The notes beneath the pieces are model-generated. The model had not been told where the DNA came from, made no database searches, and was given only the letters and a program-made list of their open reading frames with translations. Positions 43,641 to 57,630 of a DNA stretch of 64,000 bases are shown here, in pieces. The position numbers and the translations under genes were made by a program. Where the stretch lies: positions 38,688,001-38,752,000 of the forward strand of contig OX597825.1 in NCBI GenBank assembly GCA_951406725.2, given 5' to 3'. Numbering within the stretch: position 1 is the first letter of the stretch; each line of letters starts with the position of its first letter. This DNA comes from Octopus vulgaris. Taxonomy: Eukaryota.

Positions 43641-44369
43641 TGTATGTATGCATATGTACATAAGTTAGCGACAACTGTTCTCTATATATAATACATTTCG
43701 TGTAAATTAAATGAAAATAAAGTTAGGTAAGTTGACTTACAGAGTATGTTAATATATTTAATAGAAAATGTGTTTATGTATATGGATATAGAATGAAATG
43801 TATATGGATATAAAATATAGATATAAAATAAATGATATCAGGAGTTAAATGGGTAGAGTTTTACGATTTCAGCAGCTGTTTCTATGGACTTGTTGCTCCG
43901 GAATAACAATACTTACTTTGATCCATTACCGTCCGTCTGCATGAGTGAGTTTTACATTGGGAAAATTTTCATTTGATGTGTAGCAACTTAATGCACCGAT
44001 ACGCACATTTCAATAAATCACATTTTTCGTAAGATTACAGTCCGTATTCCTGTTATGATGACAGTGGGGACCCTAAAGTTCTTAGGCATCGGATAGATCG
44101 TGTTCATGGATTTATTTCTTCAGGCGATATAACATAAATGGATGTTTAACAGAGGGTTGTTTATTACATTTGACCAGAGTGAAGATTGATAGAGTTATCG
44201 ATGGAACCCCTAAAAATTTGTTCACCGGAAGCATCACTGGACTGTGACCAACATAATGGAATAGGAGGTTTATTTGCATATTCAAATCGTTTTCCTTACA
44301 CAAATAATATATATATACACACACACACACACACATACATAGACAGCTATGTGTGCATATGCGTGAGGT

Positions 44370-44600
44370 GCGTTTGCGTATACGTGGTGACCTGGTAAAA
44401 TTGCTTGTATGCCGAATAAAATGCTTAGCATTATTTCGTCCGTCTTTATGTTCTGAGCTAAAATTCCGCTACGGTCGAATTTGCCTTCCATTATTTTAGG
44501 GTCGTCAAATTAAGCACCAGTTGCACGCTGTGGTTGATGTAATCGACTAGCCCCGCTTCTCCAAATTATGAGGACTTGTGCCTATAGTAGAAAATACTAT
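44370..44600 (+). mobile_element. SINE family A
   Basis: AAATGCTTAGCATTATTTCGTCCGTCTTTATGTTCTGAG...GGTCGAATTTGCCTTCCAT...TAAGCACCAGTTGCACGCTG. Confidence 0.7.
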
Positions 44601-44949
44601 TTTTATTATTGTCATCTGTATTCAGTCATTGAGACTATGTCCTGATAAGCTTTCTCCATACATGTTTTCCATTTATTATTAACGCACCCCAACCCCCCAC
44701 ACACACAAACACACGCATATATATCCATGTCAACATACGTGAAACAATCACCCATACATACACTGCGCATGAAATCTGTAAAAAATTTTCATATTTTTCC
44801 TTGCATGTACTTAACTGGTTCTAACCAGAAAATGCGAGTCATAATTTACATCTTCACAACGACGAGTGGAGGATGCTTACGATGATGGCACAAGTCACAA
44901 GATCAACGTCTGATGTATAACGATTTGTAAAGATATTTAAAATTAACCA

Positions 44950-45600
44950 TGCAGCTGGAATCCATTTACTACGACCTTGACTCAAATTCACTACGAGTGA
45001 ATATGATTTGCATGAAAATACCTGTCACAAATCTTGATGTTGCTGCTCAGCTAGACTGTGCTCAGAATGCTTTACAGAAAATGGTAGAAGTTTTTGTGTA
45101 TCGAAAAGTTTTGTTTGTAAATGAGTGCCGTTGGATTTGAAACCCGATTTGAGACAGGCAAGTGTAAAAGTCGTTAAATCTAATAATATGTATCTGGTAG
45201 ATGGGAGGAAAATAGGTGTTTAAGTTATTACCTAAAATTATATTAATGACGTGAAACGTAATCATGTATGTCATATTGCATGAAGAAATACAGAACATCT
45301 GGGTAAGTTAAAGATATGTAGATTTTGAGCATTTTAATGGGTGAAATGACCATAATAAAATAGTCATCGTTAAATGACGACAGGCATAGAACAAACTACT
45401 CAGTCTCAAAGTACCTGAGAGATTGAAAGCTAAAAATATTACTTCGAATAGAACACTTCTCTTAAAAGACTGAGAATCGCTAGAAGGATCTACATAAGTT
45501 GATGACCAGCTTCTTTCAGCACGACTCAGAACGAGTTTCATTATTCTATTCGTTTCCTTGTCACGTCCTTTTCACTATCCAGATCCGCAGAAAAGCAATT
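44950..45600 (+). pseudogene. Possible ancient RTE-type reverse transcriptase relic
   Basis: LDVAAQLDCAQNALQKMVEVF loosely resembles FADDAALVAHSE..LQ.M.D.F; RTLLLKD*ES resembles TLLYG.ES; heavily degenerate. Confidence 0.3.
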
Positions 45601-46375
45601 TTAATGCAATTTAGACTGGCTACTTGACACCAACAACCATTTATTGGTATGATGCCATAGGCTGATCATCATATACTTTCTGCAACGTAAACCTATATAT
45701 TTTTCCTCGTTTATCATGGCAACTAATGCCTCCTGGAGGATGACTAGTTTGAAACGAAGAAGTTCAATTGACATAGATACCATTTTCATTGACGCGCCTC
45801 GTTATTTCAATTAGGGTTTCGTATCCCGAGTACAAAAATTGTTTTCTTAGCGATGTGATAAATTTCCTGGCTACGGATATGAAAAACTCAATTTTTTTGC
45901 ACTTTTTCCACAAGAACATCTGCGACATTATATGTTTAGAAGTAAAGCAATATTTCAAGTAAAACAGAGGCCATGATGCTTTATGCGTACATTAGTACTC
46001 ATGTCATCGATCGCTGAAGAATAAAAAGCGAGGTCAAAATATGAGCTAGTTGAGCTGAGAGCGTAACGGGACAATAGTTACTGAAAATATTAGCAGTGAA
46101 CCTTATGCAGCAAGGTAAATAGATGGAACAGATTTTATTTTATCGCTGACGCCAAAATGTCTACAACGGACATGAACTGAAGTCTGCCTGTGTATGTAAT
46201 CATCTTGGTCTCTTTTTTATGAATAGAAATATACTGCGAAATAAAAAATATTCGAAACACATATGGTTATGTGCATTATATGGTTATGTGCAGTATATGT
46301 GTGTTCGTTTGTGTGTCTGCATACACAAACGCACATATAAGTATGTATGTATGTATGTATGTATGTATGTATGTG

Positions 46376-46416
<41 letters not shown>

Positions 46417-46578
46417 GGCGAGAGAGATATAGGAGAGGGACAGAGACAGATAAAATGACAGATAATTCTTATATATAAAATATGTGTATATATATACATA
46501 TATATATACACACACATATTTGTGTAGATATATATATGTATACGTACATATATGTATACACACATGCACATACATACA

Positions 46579-46637
<59 letters not shown>

Positions 46638-46885
46638 GAAGGTGTTTTCATGCAGATGCAAATTCTATCTCATGAACACGCAGAAAAGAAATCAAAACGT
46701 ATTCCATTAAAGCAGATTCGTAGATATGTCCATAAATTACTGGCTCGCACTATAGACTCATGCATATTGTATATTTACATATCGTTCTCTCTCAAACTCT
46801 CATTTCTCTCCCTTTCGCTATCTCTCTCTTTATATATATATGTGTGTGTGTGTATGTGATTGTATATATGAGCACAGATACAAAC

Positions 46886-46974
<89 letters not shown>

Positions 46975-47491
46975 CTTATATGTATGCGTATACTTCGTAT
47001 ATGTATATATGCTTGTGTATATATTGTATAGTTATGTATGAATGTGTATATATTGTATTCCGTTTATGGAGTGACAATAAATATGCTTTAACTGTCACGG
47101 GTTGATGGGACAGCCTATGATGTGGCTGCAATGTCCATATTCTCGAAGAAATTTTTTCCCTCTATAGGCGCTGCATATATAATATATAGAATAATCTATA
47201 GACACAATACTGGACAAATATATTCTGCTCTTTCACTTTCTTCTCTTCCGCTTCAGCTGCAAATCGTGTCACATTTCTTTTACTTCTATCGGCTTAAGAG
47301 TCCACACACAAAACACACACATATACAGACAAAGATCACACACACATACACCCACATCCACACACGCATTCACTTATACAGAGAAACATACACATGCACA
47401 TGCATATATATCATTTTATACATATTCATACATACATATATCAATACATAGATTCATACGCACGGATATAAATATCTGTGTTTGTATAAAT

Positions 47492-47554
<63 letters not shown>

Positions 47555-47714
47555 TGCATATATATACACATATACATATATACATATGTATATATATACG
47601 TACACATATATATGCATATACACACATATATATGCATATATATGCAAATATATGTACATATATATATATATATATATACATATATAAAAAACATATGGTT
47701 ATCAGTAATAATAT

Positions 47715-48001
47715 AGGGTGAAATTAATTAATTTGGAATAATCATTAATTTCACCAAGTAGATTTCGGCATGTAAAAGCCTCATTCGAGGAAAGTTTAAG
47801 TAATACTAAGTAATTAAGGGTTTAGCAACGATTTGCCTCACCACACACCGAATTTAGAAATAACAGTCAAAGAGTTATAGCTATTCTTTCTACTAAAAGG
47901 GAGATCTCAGTAAAACCACAGCACTTTTAGTAGAAAGAATAGCTATAACTCTTTGACTGCTATTTCTAAATTCGGCGTGTGGTGAGGCAAATCGTTGCTA
48001 A

Positions 48002-48002
<1 letters not shown>
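47715..48002 (-). mobile_element. Penelope-like pLTR with inverted partial copy (79-bp arms 47821-47899 / 47924-48002)
   Basis: Arms are reverse complements with 2 mismatches; minus-strand CGAAUGA-GGC uuuuacau GCC-GAAA motif at 47752-47790. Confidence 0.7.
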
Positions 48003-48055
<53 letters not shown>

Positions 48056-48060
48056 CACAC

Positions 48061-48100
<40 letters not shown>

Positions 48101-51100
48101 GCACACAAACACACATATACACAAGCACAAGTGTGTTTGTGTGTGCCGCGTTATTGCGTTTGTGCCTTAGAGTGCGTGTGTAGTTACGTGCTTGTCTTGG
48201 AACTTATTTGTATGTGTGTGTGTGAGTGTGTGTTCTTGCCTGCGTGTGTCTTTTTTGTGTTTTAATATGTGTATGTATATATATATATATACACATGCAT
48301 ACATATGTATGTCTGTTACAGAAAACCATTGTCACTATTGATACTGAAGGAGTGTGTATGATGATCGTAAAAAATTTAAAAGACTTTTCTGTGAGTCCTG
48401 TGCATGTATTCATCACACCATCTTTGACTAATCGCTTGACCTCATACCGCTCTGAATTTCCGATTTACAATCCATTGCGCAGAAAGTATGCTGTAGCGTT
48501 GTATTTTTACGCTACTCAGAGAATTTCATTTAGTCTTGTATCTTTAGTAAGTTAACTTCTTTCAATATTTTAGGTATTAAAATAGTTAACTCAGTATACA
48601 CCTGCAAACAAATTTGACGCTTTTTTTTCATTGTCATGTTACTAATGCTTCGTAATGATGTGTGTTTCAAGACGAAAGCTATAGTGAAACTTTAAAAGAT
48701 TTACTCAAATTTTCGATATTTTATTATATTTTATACACGGATTAAAAGCACTGAGCAGTAATGTTTTACAGATATAAAGCTGTTACCATTGAAATACGCT
48801 CGAGACAAACTTATTTGAACTCAAGTTTATTTCAATTGGGAACAATTTTATATTTATATTTTATATGTATTAAGTTTGTTACTTTTATATGAATATTTTT
48901 CCTACTATTTTTAATCATAGGACGCATCCTTTACATGAGTACTGCATGTACCGAAATTGATGATTGTGACAACGCATGTAACTGGTGTCTATATTATCAA
49001 CAATATAATAATTTTATTTACTTCAAAATATTGAAATCTGAGCTGAGTGCGAGCTAACATCAGAACATAAACAAATATAATCGATTACCTCCGAATATTT
49101 AAAACTTTCACCGATGCTTCATCGATTCTGCCGGGTATTCCAATTATCATCCAACATTTTTTTTAAATTTGTTCAATTCCATATTGTAGAAATCACCAAT
49201 AATTTTTTCCTTTATTTCTGTTTTGAAGTAATGATCAAAATGTCGGAAAGTAAATATCGATGTAGCAGACTTTCAACCAATTAATTTGTTTCGTGGAAAA
49301 AGAAAAGAAAAAAACAGAAGCAAAGCAGCTTGCGAAACTGCCTTTAAAAGTCATAGAACTATCAATAGAAGATTTAAACTTAAATTTATGCTATTAATGA
49401 AAACAACGCATGCAAAAATACAAAATATGTAAATATTTATAAATATGAAAATATATTTCTACACATACACATATAAATAATTATATAGTTTATATACGTG
49501 TGTGTATGTATGAGTGTGTATGTGAGTGTGTATGTGCGTGTGTGAGTGTGTGTGTTAGTGTGTATGTGTGTATGTATTTCGGCGATGAATGTAGTTTGAA
49601 GTTTAGATGCCAAAACAGAAATTAACATATCAGAAACCCTGTACGCAAAGCCTCAAAATTCTACTAAAATTAATAATATTTGTTTCAACTAGTTTAGTAT
49701 AATGCCTTCTCTAATTTCTAACGGCTTCTGCATCACAAGGAACACATTTGTGATTCCTTATCCGTTGTCAGCTGGCTCAGCAATTTAGAGCCCAAGACAA
49801 ATCTCCTTTTGTTTACTCCGACCTGATATGAACACTCAAAAGGAGTAATATTTTCAGGAGAAATTATTAACTAAAATTTGCCTGAGTAAACAAGACGGTC
49901 AAGATTATTTTAAAAACGGGTTTATATGATTACAGGGCACCTGAAATTGAAAATGCAAAAACAAAGACTACGGCAAAGTGTCTTTACGGGTGAAGGTTAA
50001 AGTTAAATATTCCAGAGAAGTGTAAAAAAAGACGCAACGCAATAAATAGAGTGCTATGAAGATGTTCACAAACTGGTAATTTCCTACCGTTTAAGCAGAA
50101 GCTGTCTGGAAATTTTAGAAAGAATCCAATAAAAATAATGTAAAATATTTAACGTGCAAGCTGTTATTAGAGCTAATATAATCACTGCCAACACTTTACA
50201 CATCACGCTCGATTTAATTATTGTTAAATACTATCCTTCGGACCAACTATACAGAAGTCTCCATATAGATATATTAAGAGAAATTATAACCATGCGTCTA
50301 CAACTATAAAATACAGAGCGGCAAATTAACATGGAAAATATCTAATATATATTCCTGCAAAAAAAGAGATAGCGAATCAACTTGGCAAAATATTTATGAT
50401 GCTGCACTGAGATAAAGAATTCATAAAGAGAAACAACTGCAACATATACCACACATGACGAAAAATATTATACACATACTTATACGTATGTATACACACA
50501 CACACTACACTACCATATAAATATAAGAGAGGATACAGAAAGCGTCATGTGTAGAGATCTATGAATAATTTACTGCTTTAATTTCAGCACATAGAAAACA
50601 GAAATTTTTGCCACCCAGGATCCTTCTCCAAGTATGCCGAATAGATCTATTTGTAATGAATGATAGCGTCAAATTCGGAAAAAAATATCTTTACTCATTC
50701 GAAAGTGTAATACAGTATAAAACCCAGATGATTAAATCGGACAAGTATATATTCGTACAGCTCTGTCACACTTAAAATTATACGAATCCAACAAGGAAAA
50801 ACAACGCCGATTTCTCCCCCACCTTTCCCACCTTTCACAAAAGATGGCCTAACAGGGTGGACTATATTATGTTAAACCACAGTATCGAGGAATTAGATAC
50901 CAATCAAATACAAAAATAAATAAATAAATAAATAGGACCATGACGTTATCCCCAATGAAATATCTGACTTCCACAGTTATGAACAGTCAAAACGATGTAA
51001 AACTGGGAGTAGAATGACAAATTTGATTATGAAATAAAGCAATCAAACACTTTATCAGATGACGTTTGCAATATTCTTTGCAAATTTCATATTACATTCT

Positions 51101-51104
51101 TACA

Positions 51105-51152
<48 letters not shown>

Positions 51153-51985
51153 GGTACAAATTTTTATTTGACCCTCCCTCTGCATTAAGGAACACGTCAA
51201 ACGAACAGACTAAAAGAAACATATTGAGGTTCAAGGTGACCCCAAACTAGAGAGACTGGACTAGACCAAACTAGACTAGACATACTATTTGATGTTAGTC
51301 GATCAACTTCAAGGTTCCTCTGATGGAACTAGCAGACTTAAGTCTCCTCAACATTGCCATGTACGCAGTTACATTCACAACTGGAAAATAGTGTATCTAG
51401 CATTGAGAAAAGATGTGCATAGCAATATCTACAAATTTAAGCACACCTTTGACATTTTTGCTACACAAAAGATTTTTGAACTCAATATTTTCATGCTTTC
51501 TCATCAGCTCCGAGATTAGTAATAATTAAAAAGAAATATATAGAAATTTATGGTAGTATACAAAAGACCATGGAAACAGCCATTTTACGAATGTCTTTAC
51601 GAGAGCGTGTTCGAAATGATTAATTAGAGAACAGAACTGCGGAAACGAATTGAGTGCAGAATACCGAAACCACAATTTCCGCTGGATCTAACATGTAGCA
51701 AGGTTCACAGACAACTGGTGCAACCACGCAGTTGCTGAGTGGTGAGAAAATTTAGTTTAGCGATTAGGGACAAGATGGAAAGCAATAGCGCAATCAAGAA
51801 AGCATTGGAAGCACATTCTGACCAGTGATGTATAACATCTAATAGTCTTGTCGATACCGTATTAGAGTGGTTATATATACATGTACGTGTATATGTGGGT
51901 ACCGCTTTGTGTCTCTGCCTGAATGTGTGCATTTGTGTGTATGTATGTATGTATATATGTATATGCGTATATATGTATATATGTA

Positions 51986-52055
<70 letters not shown>

Positions 52056-52486
52056 GAGAGAGAGTGATAAAAATAGGTAGATAGATAGATAACTATGAGT
52101 GTCGGTGTGTGTGTTGCGGTTGTTTATGCGATAACTTGGGATTTTGCAATGTTTAGCGACGTGGCATAAGACCTTCTATGCGTGGTGATGGTGCAGGTGG
52201 GGGTTTTGGTAATATCAATGGTGACAGAGAGCAACGCAGTTGCGACTCATTCAATCGTATTTTATGATATTGGTTTCGATATGCTATATAAATTAAATAC
52301 ACTCAGGATAGCAGTATTACATATGTCTTTATGTATACGTTTGGTTACAAATCGATCAAAATCAAACATACTTATACACAAATACGTGTACATAAAAGAT
52401 TATATATGCGCATTCACACTAGGCACAAGTACGAAGAAAACAAAAACAAATATACACTTACGGATTCACACATAAACATCTATATT

Positions 52487-52534
<48 letters not shown>

Positions 52535-52774
52535 CACACCTATGTGCGTGAGTGTATGCGTGTGCATGCGTGTGTGTGCATATACATATATATATATATA
52601 TTTATTTACATAAACACTCGTTCATACATCTTTATATACACAAATATGCATAAATACACATATATTCCTGTATGCGCAAACACAGATTCACATATATATG
52701 TATATATGCACAGACACGCATGCACGCTCATACACTCACGCACACATGTATGTAAATGTATATATATCTATATT

Positions 52775-52901
<127 letters not shown>

Positions 52902-53784
52902 TGTGAGTCAATGGGCAGACAGAAACAAAATGCAACTGAATGAGGGAAAATTTGAGCTGATGCATTTTGGAAGAAATTCCTCAGTAAAACAACCATACTC
53001 TCTTCCTTCAGGGGAACCGCTCACAGCCTCCAACAATATCAGAGACCTGGGTGTAATTGTTGATGACGATCTCAGTTGAAGTGCACACATCAACAAGAAG
53101 GTTGATATAGCTCGTAGGATGAGTTCCTGGATCTTAAGAACTTTCTGGTCCAGAGAACAAGGTGTCATCATACCACTTTTCTCCTCCTTTGTACGGCCAC
53201 ACCTCGAATACTGCTGCCCACTGTGGTCTCCCCATACAAGACAAGACATCTCGAGGATTGAGCCACCCCAGAGGGCACTCACTAAACGAATTGAAGGCAT
53301 GGCTGCTCTCGATCATTGGGATCGCCTTAAAGCCTTGAAACTTTACTCCCTCTAGCGTCGCCGTGAGCGGTACATCATTTGTACGATGTGGAGAATATAC
53401 CGCCAACTTTGCCCACACGACCTTAACATTAGCTTCAAGGTTCATCCAAGACTGGGACCACGGGCCATACGTCCACTGCCTAATTCAATATCACAACATA
53501 CATGTACACTGCAACATAATTTCTTTTCCTCAACAGGCCCTGCCCTATTTAACATTGTCCCGAGGGAGATCAAAGAGGAAAAGGATCCCATCAACTTTAA
53601 ACGGAGTCTGGATAGATTCCGTCAAAGAATACCAGATAAGCCACCCATAATTGGATACAACTCAGCCAACAAGAACTCACTACTTGAACAAAACTTGACT
53701 TAAACAGGATTCGAATAATCGTATCAGGTGGTGCTATTAATTTAGACATGGCCTGGACCAATCTTTGGTCGAAGCATATCTAAG

Positions 53785-53786
<2 letters not shown>
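52902..53786 (+). mobile_element. CR1/L2-group LINE, 5'-truncated, RT C-terminus plus 3'UTR
   Basis: WADRNKMQLNEGKFELMHFG, IRDLGVIVDDDLS*, FVRPHLEYCCPLWSPH, QRALTKRI, LKLYSL*RRRER; two in-frame stops; 3' stem-loop; flanked by (TA)n. Confidence 0.92.
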
Positions 53787-53868
<82 letters not shown>

Positions 53869-53875
53869 GTATATA

Positions 53876-53932
<57 letters not shown>

Positions 53933-54073
53933 CATTTAAGAAAAACAGGAGTACATAGAGTTTTGAAGGCGTAGACTTGCAAAGTTCTGCGGTCATGATG
54001 TTGTAGGACGATCATTAACAGATATAAAAAAAAATCAAATATCATGCACTATAATTTTGAGCCTTAACATGAA

Positions 54074-54952
54074 AAAAAATTACTGCCTATAAATTAGAAC
54101 AAATAACTAGTTTCCCATTGATTGTTTCACCTACAATTTTAAATAATTCCTTTATGGTAAACTGTAGCTAAATTTGCACTTGAATATAGAACTTATTCTA
54201 ATATAGTTTAACCATATTGAAACAAACGTGTAATTCCATACGTTGGCTTAACAAGTTTTGACTGCATTACAGCATGGTTAAACTTTATTAAGCTTCTATC
54301 ATCATCATCATTGTTCGACCGTGGTCGAGACAATGGAATTTACCATGCTACGCCAGACTTCACGGTCCATCATGGCATTACGGAGGTCCTGTTGCTGGAT
54401 GCCTGTATCCTTGGAGATTACATCAGGGTAGGAGAGTGTGCGCCCTCTGGTATTGCGAGTAGATGGCTTCCAGAGGAGAAGAGTAGAAATTACTTCTTTT
54501 TCAGCTCTACAACAATGTCCAGCAAACTGGACTCTCCTACCTTTCACAAGAGATGACACAGATAGTAGTTTCCCATATATTTGCATTTTGGTTGGATGGC
54601 GTTTCCACGAGAGATTTTGAGCTCTTATAAGGAGGCGAGTGTAGGTTCCATCCAACCGCCTCTGAAACTTCTTTGATAACGTCCAGGTTTCTGAGCCATA
54701 TAGTAGAATTCTTTCGACTGTGGCTTTGAATATTTCAAGTTTGAAGTCTCTACTTAGATTTGATGACCAGATCTTATGCATGTCATTACAGGCTGACCAG
54801 GCCATACCCTTTCTAGTTAGAAAGTCTTTCTAAACTTCTATATTCAAGTGCAAATTTAGCTACAGTTTATTATAAAGAAGTATTTCAAATTGTAGGTGCA
54901 ACAATTAATGCGAAACTAGACATTTGTTTTAAGTTTTATGCAGTAATTTTTT
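54074..54952. mobile_element. Foldback/MITE-like element with ~118-bp inverted arms (54074-54191 / 54836-54952), interrupted by an RTE
   Basis: AAACTGTAGCTAAATTTGCACTTGAATATAGAA versus TTCTATATTCAAGTGCAAATTTAGCTACAGTTT; homology extends to AAAAAATTACTGC / GCAGTAATTTTTT. Confidence 0.75.
54300..54830 (-). mobile_element. RTE-clade LINE 3' end, 5'-truncated, with TSD
   Basis: Open frame AWSACNDMHKIW...ILLYGSETWTL...RVQFAGHC...MDREVWR; (GAT)n tail; TSD TAAGCTTCTAT (54289-54299) / TAAACTTCTAT (54831-54841). Confidence 0.92.
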
Positions 54953-55055
54953 ATTCAGTAAATACAGTCCATATATGTAGGAGCAATTTTTGACTAACTG
55001 TAGCATAGAATAAAAATATATATATACACACACATATATATATATATATACATTT

Positions 55056-55304
55056 ATGAGCGAGGTATAAACAGTATCTGCACGACGTTGTGGAGTATAT
55101 TTGCCACTTAAATGTGGCTAACTCTTAAGGGTAGATGCTACTGTAGCTTGTAGTCCCAGGAGGACAACTCCTCCAACTGGCTATTGACACAGTGCATAGA
55201 AAGCGTGTCAATAGCCAGCTGGAGGAGGTGTACTCCTGGGGCTACAAGCTACAGTACCATCCATTCTTAATTCTTAGCCACATTTAAGTGGCTAATATAC
55301 TTCA
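55056..55304. repeat. Inverted repeat, ~100-bp arms (55091-55190 / 55205-55304), of the 1090/21528 family
   Basis: GCCACTTAAATGTGGCTAA...TACTGTAGCTTGTAG...TGGCTATTGACAC versus GTGTCAATAGCCA...CTACAAGCTACAGTA...TTAGCCACATTTAAGTGGC. Confidence 0.85.
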
Positions 55305-55309
55305 TGATA

Positions 55310-55680
55310 TGTATATATATAATTGAGAGTACATGTACGTCAATATCTATGAAGACCAAACACTCGAGTCCTACCCAATCGATTTCATTCAAATATTACA
55401 CATGCATTACTTAGGGCCCATGGAGTGTCATGGGTCAAAAGAAATTTTCATCTCATTTTACGTATTTATCTGTCTATTACCAATCAATAATTATTGTAGC
55501 AGTTGCAACGTTGCATTGTATTTACAGTTTCATATTAACCCTTAAATTAACTTTTAATGCATGTGCTTAATATATACATATACAATTCTGTGTCTAATTG
55601 TCTGTCTGTCAATAATTACAGTGGTAACAACTTAAGTACATGATCACCTTTCCTTTACCAAACGTGATGTAATTTTCTGT

Positions 55681-55736
<56 letters not shown>

Positions 55737-56054
55737 TAAAGCCGACCAATGCCTTGTGAGTGCATTTCGTACATGGAATCTGAAATTGTGTCTATTTGTT
55801 TGTGTGAGCATCTGTGTTTGCACCCGCACCATCCCTTGCAAACAAATGTTAGTGATTTACGTCCCCCGTAATCTAGCGGTACGGCCAAAGATTCCGATAT
55901 AATAGCTACTAGGCTTACAAAGAATAAATCTTCAGATCGATCTATTCGACTACAGGCGGTGTTGCAGCATGACCGCAGTCACATGACTGAAGCAAGTAAA
56001 AGAATAAAAAGAACATGCATTTTAATCCCGGCCAACGCCGGTTATCTCTGCTAG
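55310..56054 (+). mobile_element. Non-autonomous Helitron containing a SINE B insertion (55740-56012)
   Basis: Canonical 3' end: CCGGC-caac-GCCGG hairpin (56028-56041), then CTAG followed by T; 5' end T(G)TATATATATAATTGAG is inferred. Confidence 0.7.
55740..56012 (+). mobile_element. SINE family B, 5'-truncated
   Basis: GCCGACCAATGCCTTGTGAGTG...TACGTCCCCGTAA...ACTAGGCTTACAAAGAATAA...TGACTGAAGCAAGTAAAAGA. Confidence 0.8.
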
Positions 56055-56064
56055 TGTGTGTGTC

Positions 56065-56149
<85 letters not shown>

Positions 56150-57334
56150 ATATATATATATGTGTGTGTGTGTATATATATATATATACATACACATACC
56201 ACAAATACATATTTGACTTCTTTCAGTTTCCGTCTACCAAAACCACAAGACTTTGGCCGTTTCTGAGCTATAGCAGAAAAGACTTGCCGAAAGTGTGAAA
56301 TATATACACGTTTGTGTATGTGCGAGTGTGTTTGCATTATGTCTAGCTATAACAGTAAAAGTAATCATAATAATTGCACAGAGACATATGTTAATGTATA
56401 TCTAGTTTATGATGTCTCGAATAGAAACGTTTCTATTGTTGCAGCTGGCACATCCATATCAGTTATTGTGGCAGAGTGATAACCGTGTTCTAATTGAAAA
56501 TGCCTATAAGTACTCAAAAATATTCGTATAAACGGAAATAAGGGAATGCCTGCAATATGCTGAGTAATTAATAATGGAATACGAAATACGCATGTTTGAC
56601 GCTTCAATTTGTATTTTAAGTTAGAAATATTTTGTTGTTTATTTGCCGGAGATGTATTCGATTACATAAATAAAGAATGATTTCTGTATAACATGTGACA
56701 TAATTTGTTGGTTCAAAATGGACGTTGAAATGAATTTAGTTCATATCCTCCATTAATACACTCAACTTATTTCACTCCCATCTCCCGATTTAATCTAGAT
56801 TTAATATAAAGTCAACATAATACATATTACATATCAGGCATCACTTTTATGCTATGATATTAATATTCAACTAGCAGAACACATGGAATATCCACGTTTT
56901 ACGAATAACTATATTCTATCTTGATATAAACTGATGTTGATTTTCATATTATTATTATTTCAATATCGTGGAGCAGTGAAATTATAGAATTTCTAGCGCG
57001 CTGGACGAAGTGATTAGATCATTTCTTCTGACTTTATATTTTGAATGAATATCCTGCGGCGGTCTTTCCTCCCTTCCGGAGTTCTAGGTTTGCCTTCAGA
57101 CGAATTAATCGTCTTGTGTTACACTCAGAAATGCAGACACTACACCAAACATTGGAATGAAATATTTCAAAATCATAAAATTTTTGTATGTGTCTTTAAT
57201 TTTGTTCCATACTTAACTTATTAAGTTACTAATCCACATACCATGATGACGTATTACTCACAAATAAAACCCTTCACGTTATGGAAGCCAAATCCTGGGA
57301 ATCCTAAGACATTATTTGTTATGAGTTCGTCTTA

Positions 57335-57630
57335 ACGCTCTGAGTTCAAATTCCGCCGAGGTCAGTTTGCCGTTCTTCTTTTCGGGTGCGATAAAATAAA
57401 TATTAGTCGGGTACATGGTGTCGATGATATCGAATTATATCTTCCCTCGAAACTACTGATCGTGTGCCAGCATTTGAAATAATTATTTCCTATGAGCACA
57501 AAATGAGATTCGAAAATTAGTTACGGCCTCTGAGTTCAAATCCAGTTATGGTCGGCTTCGAATTGCATACTTTTCAATTAAATAATATATTGGTTAGGTG
57601 TAGGTGCTGATGTTATCAACTATACACCTC
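57335..57630 (+). mobile_element. Two tandem 5'-truncated SINE family A fragments
   Basis: CTCTGAGTTCAAATTCCGCCGAGGTC at ~57338 and CTCTGAGTTCAAATCCAGTTATGGTC at ~57528. Confidence 0.6.

Noticed and set aside
43870-43935. Minus-strand ATGGA...TCCATA-GAAACAGCTG, hammerhead-like 3' half
   Set aside because: No recognisable CUGANGA box or NUH site remains.
53741-53784. GACC...GGTC-GAAGC stem in the LINE 3' end
   Set aside because: It lacks the hammerhead core and is better explained as an ordinary CR1/L2 3' stem-loop.
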